DNA from: a virus
Taxonomy: Duplodnaviria; Caudoviricetes
Virus record (IMG/VR): IMGVR_UViG_3300037722_000745
Span: 1 to 64,000 of that record
Direction: 5' to 3' (one strand)
DNA length: 64,000 nucleotides
Both the position numbers and the translations under genes were made by a program. Shown here piece after piece: positions 27,845 through 38,119 of the stretch; the stretch's first letter is position 1; every line of letters begins with the position of its first letter. Under the pieces are notes generated by a model. It saw only the letters and a list, made by a program, of their open reading frames with translations, did not search any database and had not been told where the DNA came from.

Positions 27845-27867
27845 GCTCTACACAGAGCATAAAAACT

Positions 27868-29121
27868 CTAAGCCGTGCCTGCCGCGGGTGAGCGACCGAT
27901 CAGTGCGGCCCCTGGGTTATGCACAGCTTCAGCGGTGATCCGAATGGAGGCTATATCGCACTGGTCCGGGACCTCGAACGAATAGGACTTGAGCACCGCC
28001 TTCATAATGGCTCGCAACGCCCTAGCTCCCGTAGACCGTTTCTTCGCCAACCTTGCGATTTCGCGAAGGGCCTCGGGGTCAAATTGTAGGTCCACCCCGT
28101 CCAAGGAAAAGAGCCCTCGAAATTGCTTGCAAAGGGCATTCTTGGGCTCGATCAGAACTCGTACCAGCTCATCCTCGGTAAGCTCATAGATTGAGGTGAT
28201 GACGGGCAGCCGGCCGACGATTTCCGGGATCATGCCGAACTCCTCGATATCGTCCGTCGTCACATGCCGATAGAGAGCTGTTTTGTCGTACTTTTCCCGG
28301 CGGCTCGAGCCAAATCCTATCCCCGCTGACTTGTTGAGCCGGTCAGCAATGACTTCCTCAATCCCTGCAAACGAGCCCGCCGCGATGAACAGGATGTTCT
28401 TGGTGTCCACCGTGTCGCAGCGCGTGAGCCCCGAAACGGATCGGACCCCCATCCCCCGCGGGACGGCCACCTTCGAGCCCTCCAGGAGCTTCAGGAGGGC
28501 CTGCTGGACGCCTTCCCCCGTCACGTCCCGGTACCCTGAGACGCCCCGACCCGATTTCCGTCCGAGCTTGTCGAACTCGTCAAGGACCACGATCCCCCAC
28601 TCAGCCTGCTCGATACTCTGGTTGGCATCCGCCAGGAGCCCCTGAAGCACGGACTCCACATCGTCACCCACGTAGCCGGATTGAGTGAGTCTCGTGCAAT
28701 CGGCAACGTAGAAAGGCACACCCAACGTTCTAGCCACACCTCGCGCAATGTGCGTCTTACCGCACCCTGATGGTCCCAACATGAGGATGTTGGACTTCTC
28801 CACCTCGATCTCTTCACCATCGACCTGGACAATCCCGTTCGTTGCCCGTCGTCGGTAATGCTCGTAGACCGCGATTGCAACCTCGCGCTTGGCTTCGTCC
28901 TGCGCGATGACCGTCTCGCTCAAAGCCTCGAAGATCTCCCGAGGTCTTTTTAGGGTAAGGACGTCAGAGTTCTCTGCCTTGCCGGCCTCTCGGGCGAGCA
29001 CTTGGGAGGCTCCGTCCACACAGTTGTTGCAAATGTGCGTGCCGTCCTTGGCCCCAATCAGATGCTGTACCTCATTTCTAGGCCGACCGCAAAAGTTACA
29101 GCGCTTTAACTCTTTCGGCAT
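27868..29121 (-). CDS. clpX: ATP-dependent Clp protease ATP-binding subunit ClpX
   Basis: CNFC/CNNC Zn domain, GPSGCGKT, TQSGYVGDDVE, LDEFDK, GEGVQQALLK, IGF loop, PEIVGRLP, GARALR. Confidence 0.96.
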   Translation of the reverse strand: MPKELKRCNFCGRPRNEVQHLIGAKDGTHICNNCVDGASQVLAREAGKAENSDVLTLKRPREIFEALSETVIAQDEAKREVAIAVYEHYRRRATNGIVQVDGEEIEVEKSNILMLGPSGCGKTHIARGVARTLGVPFYVADCTRLTQSGYVGDDVESVLQGLLADANQSIEQAEWGIVVLDEFDKLGRKSGRGVSGYRDVTGEGVQQALLKLLEGSKVAVPRGMGVRSVSGLTRCDTVDTKNILFIAAGSFAGIEEVIADRLNKSAGIGFGSSRREKYDKTALYRHVTTDDIEEFGMIPEIVGRLPVITSIYELTEDELVRVLIEPKNALCKQFRGLFSLDGVDLQFDPEALREIARLAKKRSTGARALRAIMKAVLKSYSFEVPDQCDIASIRITAEAVHNPGAALIGRSPAAGTA

Positions 29122-29194
29122 TCCGTGGTCCTTGGCGGTGTCGACACGCTCGTCATACTACACCGCCAAACGCCAAACCGAAATCCACTGGTTA

Positions 29195-30415
29195 CTACAC
29201 CGACAGGCCCTCCCGCGTCAGCGGACTCATAAACCGCCGGATCACTCGCGCAGCCGCATCCTTCTTGCGCTTCTTGGGTTTGGGGTTCTTGCGCTTGCCC
29301 TGAAGCCAACCCTCATTTTTGTTTGTGATCTTGAGCTTTAGCGGCTTGACCTTTGAGGCGGCGGTCTTCTTACCCTTACCCCCTTCACTGATGATCGTTC
29401 CCGTGAGGTCGGAGGCGCCCATGATTAAAAACTCCGCTTCGTCGAACGAATACGGGTAGGTCTCGGATCCAATCTCCGGCCGAACGAGCGAGCTTGCAAA
29501 GATGCGCTCGACAGGGATCTTGTACTCGACGACACGGCCAAAACGCTTAGCGATGTCCGGGTTCGCCGTGAATGACGACAGCTCGCGGGACTCTACGTTC
29601 ACAGGTGTCCCCACAGATGGTGGTACGTCGCCAACCCCCTGGCCCTGAAACCCACGGTAGAGAGTCAGCTCTTTGATGCCTTGGCTCCTGAAATACGCCT
29701 GTTGGAAGTCGTATAGCTTCTTTACGTACGTCTTCAATTTAGGGTTGCTCGCCGCCTTTTGTCGCGCTTTTGTGAGCGCCCCACCGGTCGCTCCGTCAAC
29801 CTCTTTGTCTTCCGGGGCAATGTGCCCGCTAACACCCAAGGACGACACAAGGCCCTGCATTTCCGAGCTGGAGTGATCCCAGTTCCCGTAGTTGTCGTAC
29901 TGGTAACTACCTGCCGAGGTCGTCCATTGACGAAAGAAACGTTCGTGCAACTTACTCTCGGACTTGTTCAAGACCTTCTTCTGGAAGTGGGACCCGATCT
30001 CGTGGCCACCCACATAGATAGCCTTCTCCGCCTCCGATAGCTTAGGGAATAACTTCCCGACAAGGTCCTCGTCAGAACCATAGGTGTTGAATTTGTTCTT
30101 CTTGGGCTCGAAGGCGTCGAGATCTTCTTTGGCCTCTTCAGTGATCCGGTCGAATGTCTTACCGTGCTGGGCAATGACCGCCTCAAGGTCCTCATTCGTC
30201 GACTTCAGAACACCCTTGAAGGTTGACTTTTCGCTGCTCGGCCTCCCGCTGTAGTCTCCTCCGCCTTCCTCAGAGAACTCTTGCTTCGGCTTGCGGACCC
30301 AATGTTTCTTAAGATCAGCCTTCGGGTGCTCCTGTAAATACGTTCGGAGCGCTTCCTCGGTGGAAAACTCCTTGGCGTACCGATCAACAACACGCCGAGC
30401 AACGAGGGAAGACAT
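29195..30415 (-). CDS. ADP-ribosyltransferase (R-S-E clade), probably virion-associated
   Basis: LTLYRG, LSSFT, FDEAEFL; N-terminal ARRVVDRY; probable start ATG 30415. Confidence 0.78.
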   Translation of the reverse strand: MSSLVARRVVDRYAKEFSTEEALRTYLQEHPKADLKKHWVRKPKQEFSEEGGGDYSGRPSSEKSTFKGVLKSTNEDLEAVIAQHGKTFDRITEEAKEDLDAFEPKKNKFNTYGSDEDLVGKLFPKLSEAEKAIYVGGHEIGSHFQKKVLNKSESKLHERFFRQWTTSAGSYQYDNYGNWDHSSSEMQGLVSSLGVSGHIAPEDKEVDGATGGALTKARQKAASNPKLKTYVKKLYDFQQAYFRSQGIKELTLYRGFQGQGVGDVPPSVGTPVNVESRELSSFTANPDIAKRFGRVVEYKIPVERIFASSLVRPEIGSETYPYSFDEAEFLIMGASDLTGTIISEGGKGKKTAASKVKPLKLKITNKNEGWLQGKRKNPKPKKRKKDAAARVIRRFMSPLTREGLSV

Positions 30416-30416
30416 T

Positions 30417-31187
30417 TCAGACCCCGCCGTAGACGATGCAGTCCTCGCTCCAGCGAAGACCGTCACACTGCACTTTCCCCTCTGGAGAGACGATACAGAC
30501 ACCCCCCTCACCGAAGTCGTTTGGAACTTCCTTCCCGTAACGATTGCCCACGATAAGGTGAGAGTTGTTGTCGCGAGCGAACTCTATCCAAGGAGTCGCT
30601 GGAAAGGCCCCGTCACCCCAATTCGCCGAGAGCGCCACGATGTCAGCATCCCCAACCTCGTAGAACGCCTTCCAAGCATCGTCCTTCTTGTCACGAACAT
30701 CTCGGCACACAAGCAACCCGAGCTTTCGCGTCTTGCCATCCCGACCGACGATCTTCCGGATCGGGGGGTTTGCCCGCCCCTCGGTCGCCCATAGGTAGTC
30801 GTTGCCGAAGAAGTTGACCTTCCTGTGCGACTCGAAGGCCCCGTCAGGGCACATAAGCACCTGCGAGTTGTAAAGATCGCCTGTTCCGGGATCTCTTTCC
30901 ACAATCCCCCAGGCCAGGTACGTTTGATACGCCCTAGCAATGGCAAAGAAAGCCGACAGACTCGACCAAGGCTTCGGAGGCGACTTAGGGTCAAAATCCG
31001 TTAGCACCTCCGCCATCGGTTCTGCCTCAGCTCTGCTCATCATTGAATAGCCCGACAATGCCAGCTCCGGCATGACTAGGATCTCCGCTTGGGATCGTGC
31101 CGCCGTAAGCGCTAATTGCCCGAGACGCTTTAAGTTACCTCGGACGTCGCGCGGTTTAGGACAGAACTGGATTGCTGCAACCTTCAA
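30417..31187 (-). CDS. carbon-nitrogen hydrolase (nitrilase superfamily)
   Basis: KVAAIQF, MPELA (E), HRKVN (K), LLVCRD (C), GNRYG. Confidence 0.92.
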   Translation of the reverse strand: MKVAAIQFCPKPRDVRGNLKRLGQLALTAARSQAEILVMPELALSGYSMMSRAEAEPMAEVLTDFDPKSPPKPWSSLSAFFAIARAYQTYLAWGIVERDPGTGDLYNSQVLMCPDGAFESHRKVNFFGNDYLWATEGRANPPIRKIVGRDGKTRKLGLLVCRDVRDKKDDAWKAFYEVGDADIVALSANWGDGAFPATPWIEFARDNNSHLIVGNRYGKEVPNDFGEGGVCIVSPEGKVQCDGLRWSEDCIVYGGV

Positions 31188-31228
31188 TGGAGGGACTCCT
31201 CACCATGGGTCTCTCCATAGGTAAAATG

Positions 31229-31978
31229 TCAGGCCGCGAATTGTTGTCTCCATCGCCTGATGCGGGTACCAACGAACATACGGCCGAATCCAACTTTCGG
31301 TCCGACACACATGGCTGAAGTTGGGTACTTACCCGTCCTGCCTGAGGGGTAGTTCGCATAGTACCCGCCATCCACGCCTTGGGTAATGATCGCTCTTTCA
31401 AGCAGCCCGCAGACAACCTTATGAGCGTCGTCGACATCTGATCGGAAACGCACAAACATAGAGCCACCCACAGACGCTACGTCCAGCACTTGCAACTTGC
31501 GGAAAAGCACTCCTAACTTCTGCGCCTCATTCAGAACTAGGAAAGCTACCTGAGCGTAATCCTCACCTCGCAGAAGCTGCACCGCGAAGTAGGTGTTCAA
31601 AAAGGAGGGCCCGACATCCACCTTTGGCCGGATATCTGATCTAGACCGAGGGCGGGCTAGTCGTGTTGGTGGGGGATCCTTCAATGATCCCATCTCTGCG
31701 GTGGGTACAGGCGGGACCGGAGGCACAGTCACGCTGGTTGCGATTGCGATCGGCGATGGGGGAGGGGTAATTTCATCCGGCATAGCACTAGCCCTCGGTG
31801 GATCTGGGACCTTCACAGCCGGCATCTGAATGGCTGGTTTCAAAGGTGCTGGGCCTTGTCTCAGACGCCAAATCGTCTTTCGGCTCACACCGTACTTGGC
31901 AGCCAACTTGGTATCAGATGGCTCAGCGTGAAGCTCCACAAGGATTTGCCCTTTCAGTTCATCAGTTAACCGTGTCAC
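31229..31978 (-). CDS. HTH-containing hypothetical protein
   Basis: N-terminal SDTKLAAKYGVSRKTIWRL; Pro-rich linker. Confidence 0.65.
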   Translation of the reverse strand: MTRLTDELKGQILVELHAEPSDTKLAAKYGVSRKTIWRLRQGPAPLKPAIQMPAVKVPDPPRASAMPDEITPPPSPIAIATSVTVPPVPPVPTAEMGSLKDPPPTRLARPRSRSDIRPKVDVGPSFLNTYFAVQLLRGEDYAQVAFLVLNEAQKLGVLFRKLQVLDVASVGGSMFVRFRSDVDDAHKVVCGLLERAIITQGVDGGYYANYPSGRTGKYPTSAMCVGPKVGFGRMFVGTRIRRWRQQFAA

Positions 31979-32077
31979 TGGGTATTCCTACACTCCCGTT
32001 AGGTACAACAGATCAAAAACATCGAATGAACTTCGATGTTGTGCTGACCCTACCCCCGAGAGAAAAATGGACTAGGT

Positions 32078-33364
32078 TTATTTGGCCTCAATGTCTTGAG
32101 AGCCCCGACGGATGCTCCATGCATCGGGCGACTTGTCTTCGTGTATCGTCAATTCAGGGTACAGGGTACGTAGAGCTGACGCCATCTTCTGGGCTACGAC
32201 CCGCAAGGTAGGATGCACCATGGCTCCGGAACGCAGTTCGATGAGATACAGCGTGCCAGGAAGTCCGCGTGTGACATGACACGGAACGTTGTAGCCCATT
32301 GCGACATAGTGCTGCTTCTCACTGTCTGGAGCAGGTAGGGCTTGGATTGCAGCCGTCTGTCTTTCGAGTAGCCAAGCAGCCTCTTCGACCAGAGCTGGCG
32401 CCAAATTATCTAGGTACCACTGATTGAAGCCCCATCTAGTTCTCAGAAGGGGCATCCGACACACACCGTTTCGATGCCTCTGTAAGTCTCTAAAGCTGCC
32501 GAAGTCCAGGAGGAACCGATAGGCCACTTGACCCAGAGAGTCGTAACGATGGGGTAGCCGGCAATGCGGTGGTCGGTCTTTGAGGATCGGATCCTCCCAC
32601 CATGAGCCTGAAATCAATCGTGCCTCACACACGACGTCGTCATCCAGAGCCTCATTTGGATCGTACAAGTGATCCACGTTAGCCAGAGCTAGGTACTGTT
32701 CAGTAGCTTCATAGCGCTTGTGGCCGAAACTGTGAGGGTACTTGTCTTGGAGTTCGAACAGTAACTTGTGAGCGGTTTCTCTCACCTCTCTCACTGGGTA
32801 GTACCGCAAGTTAGCTAAGTGATCAGCAGCCTGTCTCAAGTCTGAGTGCCACGACACGTACGTCCTACAGCCCGCGGGCAGGAAACCACGCAACACATCA
32901 AAAGCACGGGTTTTGATCGCCTTCGTGTACTCCTTAGAGTCTTCGCCTTGACAAGGATACAACTCAGTTAGATGTTGGATCTGAGGAGCCATAGACGAGC
33001 TGTAGAAGGACATCCAACGATCTTGAACCTCTTTCCCTTCCAATGTGCCCAGGGGGTTCAACGCTCCTTGCCGAGTCATGTCCATGTAGCGAGTAGACGC
33101 CTCTTGGCCCCTATATAGAGGCGTATCCTGGATCGCTTTAGCCACGAGCATCGAGACATTTTCGATGTAGATTGTAGTGCTACCGCAATCCCCAATCGAA
33201 GCGTGGTTATAGCCTACGTAGTACTGGCCCATGAAATTACCAGAGCCTACCTCCCTGACCTTCGCACGATGATCTACAACACTCTTTGGGCTACGAGAGT
33301 ACAACGCCTGCATCATAGCATTGTCCTCAGGGTGCTCATCGTCAATGATGTGGATTTCAGTCAC
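32078..33364 (-). CDS. thyX: FAD-dependent thymidylate synthase
   Basis: YNHASIG, GQEASTRY, RGFLPAG, FRDLQRHR (long duplicated-type ThyX). Confidence 0.9.
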   Translation of the reverse strand: MTEIHIIDDEHPEDNAMMQALYSRSPKSVVDHRAKVREVGSGNFMGQYYVGYNHASIGDCGSTTIYIENVSMLVAKAIQDTPLYRGQEASTRYMDMTRQGALNPLGTLEGKEVQDRWMSFYSSSMAPQIQHLTELYPCQGEDSKEYTKAIKTRAFDVLRGFLPAGCRTYVSWHSDLRQAADHLANLRYYPVREVRETAHKLLFELQDKYPHSFGHKRYEATEQYLALANVDHLYDPNEALDDDVVCEARLISGSWWEDPILKDRPPHCRLPHRYDSLGQVAYRFLLDFGSFRDLQRHRNGVCRMPLLRTRWGFNQWYLDNLAPALVEEAAWLLERQTAAIQALPAPDSEKQHYVAMGYNVPCHVTRGLPGTLYLIELRSGAMVHPTLRVVAQKMASALRTLYPELTIHEDKSPDAWSIRRGSQDIEAK

Positions 33365-33912
33365 AGGGCTCGTACCTTTCTTAGAACTTCATCCCAGTCC
33401 ATCACCCTAAGATGGTCGTATTGCGTTAGGGTGTGAGTCACCGGCGTATGCCAAACGAGCCCTACACCTGTGGGATGGTGTCGCATCCACTTCGCGACGT
33501 TTTCTGGGTTGTCGTCGAGGAACATATCACCGCTTACGCGATGTTTCGCGGCGGTGTGGATGATCTCCATCTCGTGAAACCCGAAGACGTGGATGAGCCA
33601 CCACGTGCGATCCCAAACCCACGTAGGGCTTGGGAACGGTTGGGTTACAACTGTCACGTCCACGAACCCTCTTAGCTCGGTGATCGCTTCGGTGGCACCT
33701 TCGACAGGCTTGAACTGGCGGCAGAAGCCTGGCTCTTCGAGCACTTTGAAGATCGACTTTCGTTCTTCTTGTTTGAAATCAGCAAAGAGGTCCCACTGAT
33801 CGAAATCTTCGAGAGCCATCTTGCGGCCTAAAGCCTGCCTAATGGCTCTCAAAATCGGGTTGTGGATATCCGCCAGAACCCCGTCAACATCAACAAGAAC
33901 GTGTTTCCGCAT
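33361..33912 (-). CDS. 5'(3')-deoxyribonucleotidase (HAD)
   Basis: LVDVDGVLAD, PVEGA, GDMFLDDNP. Confidence 0.9.
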   Translation of the reverse strand: MRKHVLVDVDGVLADIHNPILRAIRQALGRKMALEDFDQWDLFADFKQEERKSIFKVLEEPGFCRQFKPVEGATEAITELRGFVDVTVVTQPFPSPTWVWDRTWWLIHVFGFHEMEIIHTAAKHRVSGDMFLDDNPENVAKWMRHHPTGVGLVWHTPVTHTLTQYDHLRVMDWDEVLRKVRAL

Positions 33913-33933
33913 GCGGAGGATCAGTACACCGGT

Positions 33934-34194
33934 TCACCCATCCGTTGGTAGAGAAATCACAACGTATCCGTGCTGAAGTGAGTACGTTTGCAGCTCAGCA
34001 TCTGTAGCCGGACGCAAAACCCCCTCAGCTACTAGACGGTCTAGCAGCTCCTCGGTTCGGCGTAGACTGAACCTACCTCGCAACCACGACGCCACAGGGC
34101 CTACCATGACGATTCGACAAGACTCATAGCGTAGGTATTTCAGGACGCTCTGCCGCCCCTGATCCAACGTGAGAGGTTTCTCCATCCAATGCAT
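33934..34194 (-). CDS. small wHTH-like hypothetical protein
   Basis: 86-aa ORF with motif 10 nt upstream. Confidence 0.55.
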   Translation of the reverse strand: MHWMEKPLTLDQGRQSVLKYLRYESCRIVMVGPVASWLRGRFSLRRTEELLDRLVAEGVLRPATDAELQTYSLQHGYVVISLPTDG

Positions 34195-34360
34195 TAACAG
34201 CCTCTACACGAATGCCTTCTGCTTCTAGCAGTACTACAAGTGCTTTCACGTTGGTAGTCAAAACTGTGAAGGCATTCATACCCGGCTCGATGAGGATCAA
34301 CGGGTCTTTGACCTGCAAAGACGTGGTCGAGTATGCGCGTATGGAGTAGTAATGAGGCAT
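34124..34360 (-). CDS. small hypothetical protein
   Basis: TGATG coupling with the upstream gene at 34360. Confidence 0.45.
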   Translation of the reverse strand: MPHYYSIRAYSTTSLQVKDPLILIEPGMNAFTVLTTNVKALVVLLEAEGIRVEAVNALDGETSHVGSGAAERPEIPTL

Positions 34361-35481
34361 CAGAGAATTTCAGCTACGTGCTCCTCTGGCACCACACCTA
34401 GGTCGTAAGGCGTCGCCCGCGCTGAATCTACAACCACTAGGCACTTGACATCTGCACCTACTTCCCACCGATCTAGGAACTCTCGAGATCGACAGACGTA
34501 ACTCCCTTCATCGATACAGATACGTACAATCGGAGTCTTCGACTCGTTCAACAACGTGGGCTTAGCTCCAGGTACAGGGAGCACCCTTCTACCCGGCATG
34601 AAGCGCTCCGCTATCCACAGGGACGTCGGCAGCGAATCGTTGGTGGGAACGGGTTCTGCTTCGTGAACCAACTGCGCTACGAGTTGGGCTATACCGCGGA
34701 CCCACTGACCGAGGATCCGATGCTTGAGCGACCCGAGTGTGTCGTGGTCTACATTCATGGCCAACGGATCCGACACCGGAGTCACAATGCGAGCCGAAGC
34801 CGTGTGGTTCGCACTCTGCGACGCAAGCGGCTCGATGGAACACAAGCGTAGGAATTCGGACACGACCCCCTGCTGTTGCTCGCCCCACAACCCTGGAAGA
34901 GTCTGCTCCAGCAACTCCACCAGGTGTTTGCGACCAGCGGCCGTCGCTCGTAGTAGCCTCGGATCCCCTTCTTGTCGTAGCAGTTCCGTCGTTGAGGACC
35001 GCTGAGTCAGCGTTTCGAGAATCCGTTGATCCCGGCCACGGGTGAACTGCCACTGTACGATTAAGCCTTCCAGCTCAGGTTTGAGACGTGGTAAAGGCTG
35101 GGCCATGTGGCCCGTTTCACGTGCAACGGGTTGCGGAACGTAGATGTCGTCCTCCGAAACCTTAGCGATAGCCTTCCCGGTCTCTCGGGACACAATGAGG
35201 ATGTGTTCGCCGACCTGGCGGAACTCGTCGGCGAGGTACTCGCAGGTCTCCCACAGATCCTGTGGGTCGGTCAGGACTTCCTGGAGGGCTGTAAACAACG
35301 TGTCCGCTAGTGCCCCTGCAGGCTTGTCCTGTGCTCGGACGTCGTGGAAGATGGCCTGGAGATTGGGGCTGGCTTGGATGGCCGCACGGGCCGCCAGAAG
35401 CGTGTCTCGGACTGGTTTAGCAAGGCTGTCAACCGTCACTGCAATTTGCGTGGTTTCCAAGGTGCTCATCTGCACGCTCAC
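34360..35481 (-). CDS. hypothetical protein
   Basis: 373-aa ORF overlapping its neighbours. Confidence 0.7.
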   Translation of the reverse strand: MSVQMSTLETTQIAVTVDSLAKPVRDTLLAARAAIQASPNLQAIFHDVRAQDKPAGALADTLFTALQEVLTDPQDLWETCEYLADEFRQVGEHILIVSRETGKAIAKVSEDDIYVPQPVARETGHMAQPLPRLKPELEGLIVQWQFTRGRDQRILETLTQRSSTTELLRQEGDPRLLRATAAGRKHLVELLEQTLPGLWGEQQQGVVSEFLRLCSIEPLASQSANHTASARIVTPVSDPLAMNVDHDTLGSLKHRILGQWVRGIAQLVAQLVHEAEPVPTNDSLPTSLWIAERFMPGRRVLPVPGAKPTLLNESKTPIVRICIDEGSYVCRSREFLDRWEVGADVKCLVVVDSARATPYDLGVVPEEHVAEIL

Positions 35482-35978
35482 TCGTCCTCATCGACGTCGC
35501 GCAGAATCCTCGCCATAGCCTTGGCAAACTCCACCGGCCGTCCCACCTCCCGCTCAGTGCGAGTCTTTGAGACAACCATCATCTCGATGTCTTGCTTTTG
35601 GCTCATCGTTCTCTCTGGCGCTGCACTACGATGTGGGTACATTGCTGACATGCCTGCTGATGCGACAAAGGCTCGCATCCGCTCGACGGCTGACTCCAGC
35701 TCGCCAGACTCGATCGCCCACGCCTCGTGCATCTTGTCGCTTCGATCGACCAGAAGGCCAACCACTTCGCCTTCCTCGGTTCTGGACAGCCGCGCGTATC
35801 TCGTATGGGAGCCGCTTTCCAGCACTTCCGAGGAAAAGACATAGACTGCTACGCCGCCTTCCGGATCGGAGACGATGCGACTCGGTTCGAGACCATCGGC
35901 CCTCAGGGCCTGCAACAAGCCCACGGCCTCGTCGAGACCGTCCGCCAGCTCTTCAATTTGTGTAGCTTTGCCTAGCAT
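35478..35978 (-). CDS. hypothetical protein
   Basis: Probable start ATG 35978. Confidence 0.55.
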   Translation of the reverse strand: MLGKATQIEELADGLDEAVGLLQALRADGLEPSRIVSDPEGGVAVYVFSSEVLESGSHTRYARLSRTEEGEVVGLLVDRSDKMHEAWAIESGELESAVERMRAFVASAGMSAMYPHRSAAPERTMSQKQDIEMMVVSKTRTEREVGRPVEFAKAMARILRDVDEDE

Positions 35979-36528
35979 CCCATTCTCGTGCGGCAATGAA
36001 CTCTCGATGTAGCACAGGGGCCGTCCCTCTCTCTGATTCCCAGAAGCTCCAGTCTTGTACCCGCGGGCTCGTAATGAACAGCGTCCAAGCACCCTTCGAT
36101 GGATCCCGTAGATCCACCCGATGGTAGGTGTTCCACCGAAGGATGTTGAACGAGCCAGGCCGGAACGTAGACCGCTGCCGTCCTTGAGCGGTCCAACGCT
36201 CTTCGTGATACCCGTTGGTCAGGATGAGGCTGAAAGCCCATCCCCATGGGTGGTTGTGCAACGCTTGGTCGAGATCTCCTCGATAGAAGTAGTGCAGGTA
36301 GATGCTAGGAAGTGGGGGTCGATCCAACCAGCTCTGCACACCATCCGGCAATCTCCACCAGACGTCCCTAGGGATCGCTTCTCGCACCCACGCCCGCCTG
36401 AAGATGTAGCAACGATCCAGGTAGGGATCGCCTTTCGTATGAAAGACCTGGTGAGGCCGCCACTGCTTGATCCGCTCGCAGACAGCAACGATGAGAGGTT
36501 CAGCAAGCTCAACGGTTCGATGGATCAT
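35953..36528 (-). CDS. cupin-like phage protein
   Basis: LHNHPW, SLILTNGYHEE, YHRVDL, WTLFIT. Confidence 0.75.
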   Translation of the reverse strand: MIHRTVELAEPLIVAVCERIKQWRPHQVFHTKGDPYLDRCYIFRRAWVREAIPRDVWWRLPDGVQSWLDRPPLPSIYLHYFYRGDLDQALHNHPWGWAFSLILTNGYHEERWTAQGRQRSTFRPGSFNILRWNTYHRVDLRDPSKGAWTLFITSPRVQDWSFWESERGTAPVLHREFIAAREWDARQSYTN

Positions 36529-36542
36529 GACGGTATCTACAC

Positions 36543-38090
36543 CTAGCCGATCGCTAGGTCCCGATCCGGCCCTCCTGGGTCCGCTGCAAAGCGAGCCCGC
36601 ACCCCATCGTCGACAAGAGCATCGAATCCGACCCAGTCCAGGGTCTCACGAATTTCATCGGTCATCGTTCGGACAATCCGCGGCTTGCGGTTCAGCTCTG
36701 AGACCAAAAGGGCTTCATCGAGTGCTTCTTTACCCGCTACGAAACTTCGGACCATTGCCGCTTTGATGGCTTGTTCAATCTCCCGACCTACCATATCTTT
36801 CGCTGCCTCAGCCAATCGGTACAGGTCGAAATCGGAGTGGTTCTGTCGCCGCTTCAAGAGATGAATCTTGATGATGTCGATCCGATCTACTGTCGAAGGC
36901 AAGTCAAAGAACCACCTCTCATCCATTCGGTTGGTAAACTCTACCGGAAGAGTCTTCAGAGAGTTGGCTGTTAGTGCCAAGCACACTGGGACTTTAGTCT
37001 CTTGGTGCCAAGTAGACAGCGCACCGATCATTCGAGACGTTGTGCCTGCATCCGTGTAGGACGAAGAATGCCCACCGGAGAGGGACTTCTCGGCTTCGTC
37101 GCACCAGACTACGCAGGGCGCCACCGACTCAATGATCTGTATCGCCTGGTAGGTGTTGCTCTCGGAGTCCCCCACGCCAGATTGTCGGAGCTTACCCAGG
37201 TCCAGCTGGAGCAAAGGTAACCCCCAGGCGTTAGCTAGGCACTTAATCGACAACGACTTACCCGACCCCCAGATCCCTACGGCTAGCACCCCCTTCGGTG
37301 GTTCCAACCCAAACTCACGACCCTCAGGGGACCACGCCACAGCGGTCTCTGCAGCCCATGCTTTGAACCGCCCAACCCCGCCGACTTGATCGAAGTCGTA
37401 CGCAGATGCATCTACATAGTCGATCAAGTTTGTCTTCTTCAGCTGCCGAAAGCGGTACTCCGAAAGCATCTTCTCATCCGCGTTGCCTCGAGTCTTCTTG
37501 TACGTCTGGATCAGAGCTGCTTGAATTTCAAACCCAGTGAGACCGGAAAACAAAGTCGACGTCTCAGACGGGACTTCGATCTTAAGAGCCTCACAGGTAT
37601 TAGAGACGATCTCCTGAATCTCCGAGGAGGACAAACCGGAGTCGTAAACGACCTCGGTGTACCTCGCCAGCTTCCTAGGAATCAGACACTGGTTGCCCAC
37701 GCAAATTAGCACCTTGACCGTGTTCACGTCCTGGTGCCCCTGATGGATGATATTCAGGATGCGACGTTGAATATGAGGATCTTTGAGCCATCGCTCCGGG
37801 TCGGTCAGGATGTAAAACTCTTGGCTCTCCGGCGTTGGCTCTTTGTAGATCTCTATCAGCGCATCATGGATGTTGATCGTCTTCTTGTTCTCCGCGTGGG
37901 CCTTCGTAACCCAGTCCTGAGTTAGATTCGCGAGTGGAAGTAACCCGAGAGCGGCGTTGTAGACCTTGACGTGGTCTACCCTGCTCCGCATCGCCTCTTG
38001 AAGCTGCACGAGGAACCGATCCTCTTCCTCCGTAACGAAGTAGATCAGACGGGTCACCGACTTCAAATGGAGTACTAGTTCGTCATGCAT
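36543..38090 (-). CDS. AAA+ ATPase, Ycf46-like
   Basis: FDQVGG, PKGVLAVGIWGSGKS, VVWCDEAEK, TAN..LPVEF..RMDERWFFDLP, GREIEQ. Confidence 0.88.
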   Translation of the reverse strand: MHDELVLHLKSVTRLIYFVTEEEDRFLVQLQEAMRSRVDHVKVYNAALGLLPLANLTQDWVTKAHAENKKTINIHDALIEIYKEPTPESQEFYILTDPERWLKDPHIQRRILNIIHQGHQDVNTVKVLICVGNQCLIPRKLARYTEVVYDSGLSSSEIQEIVSNTCEALKIEVPSETSTLFSGLTGFEIQAALIQTYKKTRGNADEKMLSEYRFRQLKKTNLIDYVDASAYDFDQVGGVGRFKAWAAETAVAWSPEGREFGLEPPKGVLAVGIWGSGKSLSIKCLANAWGLPLLQLDLGKLRQSGVGDSESNTYQAIQIIESVAPCVVWCDEAEKSLSGGHSSSYTDAGTTSRMIGALSTWHQETKVPVCLALTANSLKTLPVEFTNRMDERWFFDLPSTVDRIDIIKIHLLKRRQNHSDFDLYRLAEAAKDMVGREIEQAIKAAMVRSFVAGKEALDEALLVSELNRKPRIVRTMTDEIRETLDWVGFDALVDDGVRARFAADPGGPDRDLAIG

Positions 38091-38119
38091 GAGCTTCTGT
38101 ACACCTTCACAGGGCCAAA

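Noticed and set aside
31593-31603. 11-nt matches of array 1 spacers to the window (spacer 2 here; spacer 1 at 23066-23076)
   Set aside because: Matches do not extend; compatible with chance.
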